Positions 27,482-35,729 of a stretch of DNA of 56,696 nt are shown here, piece by piece. The position numbers were made by a program, and so were the translations under genes. The notes under the pieces were generated by a model. It saw nothing but the letters and a program-made list of their open reading frames with translations, made no database searches and was not told where the DNA came from. Positions within the stretch are counted from its first letter, which is position 1. Every line of letters begins with the position of its first letter. Source of the stretch: a virus (taxonomy: Duplodnaviria; Caudoviricetes); IMG/VR virus record IMGVR_UViG_3300025326_000036, positions 1 through 56,696 of that record; one strand, 5' to 3'.

Positions 27482-29725
27482 TTAGAATGGTGATACTTGC
27501 CCGTTGGCCGGCACCGCCTGCTGCTGTGCTGCTGCCTGTGGTGTGTGACCATGTAACTCGGCCAGCACGCTCAGTATCTCTTGTCTCAGGCTCGACATCT
27601 CGCCCTGTGCCTCTTTGCCAACCCTCAGTTTCTCAACCTCGACCTTGGCGGCTTGCAACTTAACCTTCTCCTGCTCCAGTTTGACCTTCTCCATTTGCAT
27701 CTGTGCCATGGGGTTGGGTGGCTGCGGAGGCATCGGCTCTTCACCCGGGGTCGGTTTGGCGATGCCCGGCGGCAGGGTCTTCTTGATCCGCTCGGCCAGC
27801 ACATCGGCGCCCACCACACCCGAGTTGCCCACGATCAGGTCGGCACCGAGACCCATCTGCTTGGGCAGCGCCGAGACTAGACGCAGCATGTACTCGCTGC
27901 TCTCCTGGCGCTGTGTAGCGTACGATGGGCCGACTGTCACCTTGACCGCGTACCGACCGGCTGTGATGTCGTTGAATTTGGCGTCCCACCCGCCACGCTG
28001 GCCGGCTGCGACCAGACGGGTCGTGTTCATCCCCTTGTAGCGTTCGGGGTGCGCCTGTATGGCGTTATAGGCGTCCCTGACCGTCATGTTGACAGGCAGG
28101 TAGGTCTCGGTGTCATCCAGGCCACGTAGTCGCACGTCGCGGGGCGTATCGTATAGTTCGGGGATCATCTCGTTCTTGATCTTGGCACCGTGCGCGATGC
28201 CCCGGGCCAGGTTGTCGATGTAGCTGAACGTCCGAACGTCACCGGGCTTCTGGCGGGCGGTCACAGCGGCTCCGGTGCGCTCAGGGCCGGCTTGGCCGAG
28301 GTCGGCGCCGTGCATCCCTATGGTGCTCTCAAACATGCCCATGGCGGTCTGGAGTTGGCTGAACAGAGCGGCTGGCAGCGGCCCCGGGCCTTGGCGCATG
28401 GGCGGGGGGAGTGGGTTACCCTGCTCGGTCTGGTCGGCGTTGTACTTCAGGAACGGCAAGTTCTTCCTGTTGGCGTTCTGGTAGTCATCCTCGTAGCCTT
28501 CAAACTGGCGAGCCGTACCGACCCAAGGGGCTTTCGGCTCCAGGGCGATCCGCTCGGCAAGCGCACTGGCTGAGTAATTGACGTACTTGGCTGAGTCCTT
28601 GGCGTTCCGTACCAGACCGGAGATGTACGTCTTGCCCTCGATATTGGTCCGGTGGCCGGTCAGCAGGATGATCGGGATGTACGACCCGGGCACGTCCTCG
28701 CCTTCCAGACCATTCTTGGACAGGATGTCGGACGCGGTGATGATGTACTGCTTGACGGTGGTGTACTCGGCGTCGGCCTCACGGATGATGGTGGGTGCCT
28801 GCGGCTGTGGGGGTAGTACCGGTGCCGTCTGAGGAATTGCGGGTAGCTCATTGGGAGGGGCAAGGGGCTGTTCCGAACTCAACTCAGGCGGCACCGATGC
28901 GGTGGCCGCTGGTGCGGTCAGTGATGCGGTGGCAGGGGGCAGCGCCGGCACATCGGCCTTAGCGATCACACTGCCGTCAGACATCAGGCACATGGTTCGC
29001 TTGTGTTTCTTACGGACGAAATACTCGGCAACTGTGACGGTCTCAGTGTCGAACCAGTTCTGGTAGCTCAGACCCTCGCCAACGGGCATGGAGTCACCCG
29101 GCACATTCTTGCCCGGGTACTTGGCCTTGAAGTCGTCAACGGGTATCTTGCTGATTATCCAGCCGCGCTCGGCGTCGGAATAGATGGGGCAGACGGCGTG
29201 CCGGTCCATGACCACCGTGAACGGGTTGGGGATCAGTTCGTCGTAGAACTCCTGAATGAAGGGGTTTTCTTCGGTGTAGCGGGTGCGTATGCGCCATGCG
29301 CCATAGCCACACGTCACGTTGCTGGTCGCCGCCTCGACGTAGATGTAGTCGCTGTTCGACTGGTACTCGGAGTCAGCGATGATACCTTCACGGATGCGGG
29401 CGATCTGAACGTCTGCTGTGGAGTCACCGGGGGTGATACGGGCACGGGGGCGGTTATGGCGTATGTCGCCGGTCACCTGGTTGATAAATTGGGGGAACAG
29501 GTTTACTTCAAGGGATGGCCGACCGTCTTCCTTGCGCTCGTCAAGCACCGTGGAGTCCCACATGGCACCCGGGACCGTAGCGAACTTCAGGTCCTCGACG
29601 GCTGCTAGGCGATTATGCTGATCGGCTAACAGGTCGGCGTCGAGTTCCTTCACACGGGCTGATAGGAACTTTTGCACGGCTGTGCGCGGCGTATTGGATG
29701 CAGTGGTGGATCGGGGTTTTGCCAT
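27482..29725 (-). CDS. Portal protein, P22-like
   Basis: EDLKFA...W, RPSLEVN, SGLVRNAKD...N, TGAAVTARQ, GRYAV.V.VGPSYATQRQE. Confidence 0.9.
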   Translation of the reverse strand: MAKPRSTTASNTPRTAVQKFLSARVKELDADLLADQHNRLAAVEDLKFATVPGAMWDSTVLDERKEDGRPSLEVNLFPQFINQVTGDIRHNRPRARITPGDSTADVQIARIREGIIADSEYQSNSDYIYVEAATSNVTCGYGAWRIRTRYTEENPFIQEFYDELIPNPFTVVMDRHAVCPIYSDAERGWIISKIPVDDFKAKYPGKNVPGDSMPVGEGLSYQNWFDTETVTVAEYFVRKKHKRTMCLMSDGSVIAKADVPALPPATASLTAPAATASVPPELSSEQPLAPPNELPAIPQTAPVLPPQPQAPTIIREADAEYTTVKQYIITASDILSKNGLEGEDVPGSYIPIILLTGHRTNIEGKTYISGLVRNAKDSAKYVNYSASALAERIALEPKAPWVGTARQFEGYEDDYQNANRKNLPFLKYNADQTEQGNPLPPPMRQGPGPLPAALFSQLQTAMGMFESTIGMHGADLGQAGPERTGAAVTARQKPGDVRTFSYIDNLARGIAHGAKIKNEMIPELYDTPRDVRLRGLDDTETYLPVNMTVRDAYNAIQAHPERYKGMNTTRLVAAGQRGGWDAKFNDITAGRYAVKVTVGPSYATQRQESSEYMLRLVSALPKQMGLGADLIVGNSGVVGADVLAERIKKTLPPGIAKPTPGEEPMPPQPPNPMAQMQMEKVKLEQEKVKLQAAKVEVEKLRVGKEAQGEMSSLRQEILSVLAELHGHTPQAAAQQQAVPANGQVSPF

Positions 29726-29814
29726 CGTGCGGTATCCGTCCCTTTTGGTTTACCGGCTGGCACACAACCCCCAATATGCGGTCGTGTGGTGTGTATGGTA
29801 CTGTCGCGGGTAGC

Positions 29815-30213
29815 CTATGCTTGTGTGTGACGGTTGTCAAGGGTTTTTATTATGTCCTCAACGGTTATTCTCACACCGTCGTAGCCGCCGTCTCTCGGAC
29901 TCCACTCACCAACTTTGACACTCTTACCGTAGTCGTTCTCAATTTCTACAAAACACCACTCAGGCTTTGCCATATCAACCTGGTTGAGGATGATATTGAT
30001 CGCACAACCGGCATAGGATTCCAGTAATCCCACGCGTTCCTCTGCTCGATTGCACTCACCTCGACAGTCTTCATAGTTTGCCTGTTTTTCAGCCACCTCG
30101 GCACGCAACCTCTCTACCTCGGCACGTAAAACCGATGAACAACTGTGCTGACCATCCTGCCCGCGTTTCCATTCATACCCGCAATTGCAGCATTTGCATG
30201 TCTCGTCGCCCAT
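29815..30213 (-). CDS. Hypothetical protein
   Basis: CKCCNCG zinc motif, coiled coil, FVEIENDYGKSV.VGEW. Confidence 0.6.
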   Translation of the reverse strand: MGDETCKCCNCGYEWKRGQDGQHSCSSVLRAEVERLRAEVAEKQANYEDCRGECNRAEERVGLLESYAGCAINIILNQVDMAKPEWCFVEIENDYGKSVKVGEWSPRDGGYDGVRITVEDIIKTLDNRHTQA

Positions 30214-30218
30214 CGCCC

Positions 30219-30524
30219 CTACCCCCTCTGTTGACTAGTTATGTGGAAATCCCGACACACTGGGCACTTGTACGCGTACAGCGGCACTGCATTGTGAAAC
30301 TGGCTGATGTCAGAGCGGCTTTGCGTGTGGCCCATCGGGTTTTTCCACTGATGCAATGCTTGGTCTGACATCGCATGGTCACACCCGCCCGTCCACCGTC
30401 TGCCGCGTGTAGCGTATGCGACCATCGCCGCCCACCGGGTGCGCCCCTTGCCAACATGCCCTTGTGGGCCTTTGCAGGTCCACTTGCCTGCTCGGTTGGT
30501 TACTCGTACCCTGGCGGCGGTCAC
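30219..30524 (-). CDS. Hypothetical zinc-finger protein(s), possibly frameshifted
   Basis: GTGA overlap with ligase stop; C-terminal YAYKCPVCRDFHITS. Confidence 0.4.
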   Translation of the reverse strand: MTAARVRVTNRAGKWTCKGPQGHVGKGRTRWAAMVAYATRGRRWTGGCDHAMSDQALHQWKNPMGHTQSRSDISQFHNAVPLYAYKCPVCRDFHITSQQRG

Positions 30525-31105
30525 GACAGACCTACGAGTGATTTGGGTGATTCGTCTTTGTCCAGGGTCTTCTTGAACCCGATACCAGCCGCCGTGTGAT
30601 ACACGATCACTCCTTCCGGTTTCATAAAACCCGGGGCGGCCACACTGCCTTTGGACCTTAGATCGTTTACACACTCGTCCACCATCTCGGTGGTGAAGAT
30701 ACCCTTGTAAAGCGTCGGTACTACCCCGCAGCAAGCTGGTCGGTCTTCACCCCACCGGCTTACGTTGAACAGGCTGAATCGCTTGTCCAGCAATCCATAT
30801 TTGCGTTGGATACCCTGGCCCCACCACTCGCCGAAATGTTGACCGATTCCGAGATTCATCAGGTCTTCTGCGTTGGTCTGGCACCATTTGGCAAACCCGT
30901 AGTTGTCATCCTCGGGGGTGACCCACCGTGTACGGCTGCCGGCGAATAGACCGATGTTGTTGCTTTTGAAAATCAGTTGTTCAGGGTCGTAATCCCACTC
31001 GGAAAGGTCCGAGATAAACACCTGAGCGTTGGTACCGTCGATCTTTTCGGTAATGATTACTTCGCGTGAAAGCCTTGCCATCTTTGGAAATCCTACGAAT
31101 TGCAT
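30521..31105 (-). CDS. ATP-dependent RNA ligase, Rnl2-like nucleotidyltransferase domain
   Basis: FPKMARL, motif I EKIDGTN, GSRTRW, FGEW.G.GIQ, FSLFNV, motif IV EGVIV, motif V FKK. Confidence 0.8.
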   Translation of the reverse strand: MQFVGFPKMARLSREVIITEKIDGTNAQVFISDLSEWDYDPEQLIFKSNNIGLFAGSRTRWVTPEDDNYGFAKWCQTNAEDLMNLGIGQHFGEWWGQGIQRKYGLLDKRFSLFNVSRWGEDRPACCGVVPTLYKGIFTTEMVDECVNDLRSKGSVAAPGFMKPEGVIVYHTAAGIGFKKTLDKDESPKSLVGLS

Positions 31106-31137
31106 ATAACCCCCTTGACCCCTCCGGGCCTGTGTAC

Positions 31138-32958
31138 CTACCCCCATTCGCCTCTGGGTCGCTGCCCGATGCCGCTCCCCTGTGCCATCAGTGATGTGAC
31201 GCTCTGTACCTTGCGCTTCGCGTAGCGGTGAAACGGGAACACTCGGAACATGTCGTAGGCATAACTCCACATGTTGAGAATATCGCTATGAGCGAAGCCG
31301 AATTGGTCCATTTCAGCCTTCATCTTGTCGATATATTCCTTTGCTATGCCAGTCGAATAGTACAGCTTCGAATTATTCAACGGCCATTCCAACGCGCTCG
31401 ATATGCGGTTCTCCAGTTTGCGGCCAGCGGGCCGCAGCAGGAACAGGCTGCCGTTGATCACACTCAGCTTGCGGCCCTTGGCGGCCAGTGCATCGGCTAC
31501 GTGGACCTCCGTGGTGCTCAGACCGACCTTTTCCACGCCCATCTGCATGATCATACCGTGCTTCAGGTACATCCTGACGATGGTATCCACTGCCTGGCTG
31601 TGGGTCATCTGGTCGGCCACCACGTCCTCCAGGCACACGTCGCTGATACCCAGGTCATCGTCGGTTGCTTCGTCGCCTAAACGCCTGGCGAGGCTGTCGC
31701 TCGGCACGATGCTGACCACGCCAATGGACCACAGGTCACCCGGGCCGGTGATGTTCGTGTCCGTGCCACCCGCCTGGTCGATGACCATCATCTTAAACCG
31801 ATCAGCCCACTTGCCGACCCGCAGGAACTCAGGTGCGATGGGTTGCAGCATCCCTTTGTCGAGCGTGATGTCCTCGCGGGGCGACGGGTCGCAGAGCTGC
31901 TGGCTGTTTACGTGCTTGGTACGCTTGATGCGCTCCCAGGTGTCGGGATCGAGCAGTACAGGCTTGCCGTTGATCGTACCGTCATCGGTCGCCGGCACCA
32001 CGCGCAATTGCCACATCGGGCGCCCCGGGACTACGTTACCCTCGGCGTCCTTGGTTTCCTCAAATTTCATGTCACCGATGCGTTTTACAGGTCCTACCCA
32101 TGAGTAGTAGGTGCCTATGACCCTGCGTTTGTCGTTGTCGGACCCTGTGCCGAGGTTGTAGACGCACATCTGGAACTTGCTGAACACTTCCTCCAGCATT
32201 TTCGGGCTGCCGGCGATGTCCTCGGTCTCAATATCGTCAAAAATGATGCGTTCGTAGTGCCTTCCTGTCGGGCTTCCTTCCGTCAGACCGTATGCCTCCA
32301 CGGTGCTCTCACCACGGCTGGCGGCCTTACGTCGGAACACAATTCCGTCGTCCTCACTCCATTTCGGGGCATCCTGCGCCGGATTCGGCCACAGAACGTC
32401 CTCAAACGCCCATTTGAGCAGCACGGATTGTTCGCACAGGGTTTTGATGGCGCGTAGGAACTTCTTGGCGACCGGACGGGCGTAACCGAGGATGCAGGTA
32501 CATTCCTCGGGGTACTTGAGGTGGTACTGGAGCGTTTCGGCTATGGTAATTGTTAATGATTTGTAATGAAAACGTGCCCATACGTCCAGTGTGTCGGATT
32601 GAGGACCGTCCTGCAGCATCCGGCACTGTGTGACCACAAACGGATGGTTGGCCTTCTCGATCCCCATGACCCAAATCAGGATGTAGAAGATGTCGTTGGT
32701 GATGAGCATCCGTTGGGCGCCCTTGGCCCGGGCCTCACGGTCGTGGTCCTCCCCGCCGGCTATGTCACGGAAGATGTCCTCGTAGCGGTAGCGATACCAC
32801 GTCCTGTAAGGGAAATCAGGGTGCTTGGCGAGGGTGTGGATGTCGTCACCCTGCAGCTTGTGACTGAGGCCGAGGGTCTTACGCAACTCCAGCAATGCGG
32901 CGTCGTAGACGCTTTTGCAGGATGCGATCTGAGGGTGCGGTGTGAACTTGACAGCCAT
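31138..32958 (-). CDS. terL: Terminase large subunit
   Basis: ARFHYKS Walker-A variant, GRHYERIIFDDIE Walker B, VIGT coupling motif, MVIDQA nuclease Asp, HSDILN; upstream of portal. Confidence 0.85.
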   Translation of the reverse strand: MAVKFTPHPQIASCKSVYDAALLELRKTLGLSHKLQGDDIHTLAKHPDFPYRTWYRYRYEDIFRDIAGGEDHDREARAKGAQRMLITNDIFYILIWVMGIEKANHPFVVTQCRMLQDGPQSDTLDVWARFHYKSLTITIAETLQYHLKYPEECTCILGYARPVAKKFLRAIKTLCEQSVLLKWAFEDVLWPNPAQDAPKWSEDDGIVFRRKAASRGESTVEAYGLTEGSPTGRHYERIIFDDIETEDIAGSPKMLEEVFSKFQMCVYNLGTGSDNDKRRVIGTYYSWVGPVKRIGDMKFEETKDAEGNVVPGRPMWQLRVVPATDDGTINGKPVLLDPDTWERIKRTKHVNSQQLCDPSPREDITLDKGMLQPIAPEFLRVGKWADRFKMMVIDQAGGTDTNITGPGDLWSIGVVSIVPSDSLARRLGDEATDDDLGISDVCLEDVVADQMTHSQAVDTIVRMYLKHGMIMQMGVEKVGLSTTEVHVADALAAKGRKLSVINGSLFLLRPAGRKLENRISSALEWPLNNSKLYYSTGIAKEYIDKMKAEMDQFGFAHSDILNMWSYAYDMFRVFPFHRYAKRKVQSVTSLMAQGSGIGQRPRGEWG

Positions 32959-32961
32959 CGG

Positions 32962-34050
32962 TTACCCTTTGATGTTGATCAGCGGTTTGATGTGGTGAAC
33001 CACTCGGACCATCTCAGACTGCTGACGCATTACGTCGAAGATGTCCTTGTAAGCCAACGGCGATTCGTCCAGCGTATCATTGCCCACCTTGGCTGTCACA
33101 CCACACATGGTCGCCCTGAAATCATCCACGTTCAGTTTGCGTTGAGCCTCTTTACGACCCATCACCCTGCCTGCCCCATGTGAACTGGACCACAGCGCAT
33201 CGGGGTTGCCTTTGCCCTCAACGATGAAAGAGCCGTCCCGCATGTTGCCTGGGATAACACCCATCATGCCCACCTCGGCGTGGGTAGCCCCCTTACGATG
33301 AACCCACAGCCCGTCTTTCCACTCGGCGTGGTTGTGATTGCGGTTGATCAGTTGCTGCCAATCGGCGGAGCCGTCACAGTAGTGGGTCATTTCCCGCACG
33401 ACTCGTTGAATGATCTGGTGCCGGTTTTCCAGGGCGAATGCAAGGCAAAAAGCAAGATCGGTGATGTACGCCCGACCCTCGGACGATCTTGTATGGAATC
33501 CGAAATGACCCTCCCTTGCCCTACCGTCGCAGGATGCCATTTTCATGTAGTGGGTGGCGACGGCGTGCCCGATCCCTCTGGACCCCGAGTGAACGATGAT
33601 CCACACCCTGTCGGTCTCGTCATACCCAATTTCGATGAAATGGTTGCCGCTGCCGAGCGACCCGAGTTGGCGCAGACCGTTTTTACTGAAAATTGCAGCG
33701 GTGGCAGGTGTACACTCCGGTCCTTGCCATGCCGTATCCTTCTGGTTGTGGTTGAACCCGACCGGCACAGCACTGTAAACGCTGTTGAAAATTCCCACCG
33801 CATATTTAGCCACAGGTGCCTTGTTAAACGTGGTCGGAACAGCGCACATGCCGCAGCCGATGTCGTAGCCGACCCATGACGGGATGATCACACCGTCTGT
33901 GGCTATTACCGCGCCGATGGGCAGGGTGTAGCCTGTGTGGGCATCCGGCATGAGAGCGCCTTTGACGGCGAAATCCTGCTCCATTGCGCTGTTGAATTGG
34001 TCGATTGCGGATTGTTCGAGGATTTCTGCGAAAATGTGAGTCTCTTTCAT
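32962..34050 (-). CDS. rtcB: RtcB-family RNA ligase
   Basis: MPDAH.GY, GYDIGCG, LGSGNHFIE, HSGSRG, NHNHA, HRKGAT, SSHGAGR, DESPLAYK. Confidence 0.95.
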   Translation of the reverse strand: MKETHIFAEILEQSAIDQFNSAMEQDFAVKGALMPDAHTGYTLPIGAVIATDGVIIPSWVGYDIGCGMCAVPTTFNKAPVAKYAVGIFNSVYSAVPVGFNHNQKDTAWQGPECTPATAAIFSKNGLRQLGSLGSGNHFIEIGYDETDRVWIIVHSGSRGIGHAVATHYMKMASCDGRAREGHFGFHTRSSEGRAYITDLAFCLAFALENRHQIIQRVVREMTHYCDGSADWQQLINRNHNHAEWKDGLWVHRKGATHAEVGMMGVIPGNMRDGSFIVEGKGNPDALWSSSHGAGRVMGRKEAQRKLNVDDFRATMCGVTAKVGNDTLDESPLAYKDIFDVMRQQSEMVRVVHHIKPLINIKG

Positions 34051-34080
34051 AGGTAGTATCCTTTTGAAGAGTTATTTTTG

Positions 34081-34110
34081 TGGTCGGAGCGGTTGGATTT
34101 GAACCAACGG
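34081..34110 (-). pseudogene. Isolated 3' part of a second tRNA-Pro (T-arm, 3' acceptor strand, discriminator A, CCA)
   Basis: CC GTTGG TTCAAAT CCAAC CGCTCCG A CCA; complementary 5' strand CGGAGCG lies at 34593-34599. Confidence 0.85.
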
Positions 34111-34431
34111 TTAAACTAGATTATGCTCTTTTCTGTGGCAATTTGCACATAACACATCACATTTGCTAATTTCTGCTAAGATACGTTTTCTACCTAGAGT
34201 TAGGTTATTTGCAATAACAAAATCTTTTTGTGCTGCATCTCTGTGGTGAAAGTCTAAGCAAGCAGGATGTGACTCACCACAACGAACACAACTTAAGGTC
34301 TGTTTATACTCACGAAGCCATTGTTGTTGGTTTTGTCTTCGTTGTTTACGTTGCTCCACAATCTCTGCTCGTTTAGATTGGTATCGTTTTTGATCGTACT
34401 CAATTCTATACTCAGGTGTCCATTGACTCAT
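34111..34431 (-). CDS. HNH endonuclease (106 aa), AT-rich
   Basis: CVRCG...LDFHH...KCDVLCANCHR; AGGAGA RBS before MSQW; stop codon abuts the tRNA 3' fragment. Confidence 0.85.
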   Translation of the reverse strand: MSQWTPEYRIEYDQKRYQSKRAEIVEQRKQRRQNQQQWLREYKQTLSCVRCGESHPACLDFHHRDAAQKDFVIANNLTLGRKRILAEISKCDVLCANCHRKEHNLV

Positions 34432-34460
34432 TGATAGTCTCCTAAACATAAGATGATGCG

Positions 34461-34490
34461 TTTGTAACATATGTTTTGAACAACTGTCAA
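34461..34490 (-). promoter_or_regulatory. Internal promoter of tRNA-associated HNH gene
   Basis: TTGACA-18 bp-TACAAA with TGn extension. Confidence 0.5.
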
Positions 34491-34501
34491 CAAGTTCAAA
34501 T

Positions 34502-34578
34502 TGGTCTGCTATAAATGACTTGAACATTTAACCTCTCCGTCCCAAACGGAGTGCTCTACCAAATTGAGCTAATAGCAG
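34502..34578 (-). tRNA. tRNA-Pro (UGG), complete, 77 nt with encoded CCA
   Basis: CTGCTAT TA GCTC AATTTGGTA GAGC A CTCCG TT-TGG-GA CGGAG AGGTT AAATG TTCAAGT CATTT ATAGCAG A CCA; all four stems pair, C1-G72, A73, A15-U48. Confidence 0.92.
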
Positions 34579-34647
34579 TTTTATAAACTTCGCGCTCCGG
34601 TCTGGTGTGGTGCCAGATTTTCCCCCGCTAAAGGTAGGAGCGCAAAC

Positions 34648-34676
34648 ACATTAACGCTGTGTGGTGCGTATGTCAA
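34648..34676 (-). promoter_or_regulatory. Promoter for tRNA-HNH-rtcB-terL
   Basis: TTGACA-17 bp-TAATGT. Confidence 0.65.
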
Positions 34677-34924
34677 GCGGTATTGTCACACGGGGTCTCA
34701 TCCAGTATGTTCAACACTTCCTCGACAATGATGCGCCGGACGAATGGGCATACCGTCGTGATGGCTAGTGTGATGATCGACTCTATGGCATCGCGGTATG
34801 TCACTGTACAGCAACCTCGTCGCTGTCGTACACGAAATCGGCGGGATGGTAAACGTCATCGTGGACAACTAACCCATCGACACACTGTATCTCGCGGTTA
34901 CACCAGACGCACCAGTATCCCATG

Positions 34925-35197
34925 CTACCTCCCCGTGTCCAGTCGTTCAATCAGCCCGATCAGCAGGCGTTCCATGTGGGTGCTGCGGCACTGCTCCACG
35001 TCGATCCAGGGGCAGAAAAATATCTGGCTGAGGGTTATCTCGACCTCATGCACCCCGCAGCGTTCCTCGATGTCCGACACACTGGCCGCGAATGCTTTGA
35101 AGCACTCAAGCGACTTGATCTGGATGCCGTGGAAGCGGAGTTGAGTGATGGGAGCGGGTGGTCGCTTAGCCACGGCGCTGAGTGAGGTCCAACCCAT
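34925..35197 (-). CDS. Hypothetical protein
   Basis: ORF track; AAGGTGG upstream. Confidence 0.45.
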   Translation of the reverse strand: MGWTSLSAVAKRPPAPITQLRFHGIQIKSLECFKAFAASVSDIEERCGVHEVEITLSQIFFCPWIDVEQCRSTHMERLLIGLIERLDTGR

Positions 35198-35543
35198 CGG
35201 CCACCTTGGCGGCTTTGCTGGACTGACGGTCGTGCAGCACCTGAGCTACAGCCCTACACACTGTGGTGATGGGGATCGTGCCCCGCTTGGCTGGTGACTT
35301 CACCTGTTGCTTCATGGTCACACCTCCGCTGGCCGCCATACGGCGGTGAACGGTTTGTCGAAATCCACTGGTATAGCGCGATGGGGTGCTAGATACCAGC
35401 ACGGGATCGTGAACAACCTGCTGAGTGTTATCATTCGCTGCTGTCGCTGTGTCATGGTCACACCTCCGTGTGCTGTTGCCCTGCGCGGCAATACTATGCC
35501 CGTGTGTGAGGGCTATGTCAAGGGGTTATTGCACCCTGCCTGG

Positions 35544-35729
35544 TCAAGCGTAAATCACCGGGTCCAGGCGCGACTCATCGGGGATCAGGTCCATACCGGC
35601 CAACCCCCGCCGTATCTTGCCAATAGCCTCCCGCTCGATCTGCTGGATGCGGGTGTGAGAGACGCCCATGACGTGGGTCATGCCGCCAGTGGCCTTGGCG
35701 GTCGTGTAGGTGGGTTTACGTGGGGGCAT
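35544..35729 (-). CDS. Small sigma70 region-4-like HTH protein
   Basis: MGVSHTRIQQIEREAIGKIR. Confidence 0.65.
   Translation of the reverse strand: MPPRKPTYTTAKATGGMTHVMGVSHTRIQQIEREAIGKIRRGLAGMDLIPDESRLDPVIYA

Noticed and set aside
28790-28950. Pro/Ala-rich insert in the portal as an intein or mobile insert
   Set aside because: Low-complexity linker of about 50 aa without intein terminal motifs.
30092-30127. Short direct repeat ACCTCGGCACG
   Set aside because: Simply encodes a coiled-coil repeat (LRAEV x2).
34051-34080. tRNA-associated HDV-like (theta) ribozyme after the CCA
   Set aside because: Only a 30-nt AT-rich spacer containing the rtcB RBS; no room or pairing for the fold.
34109-34592. 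Reading the locus as one tRNA with two archaeal-type (bulge-helix-bulge) or group I introns
   Set aside because: The large-insert junction does not form a clean BHB motif, no group I core is visible, and the apparent intron ends are themselves the acceptor stem and T-arm of a complete inner tRNA.
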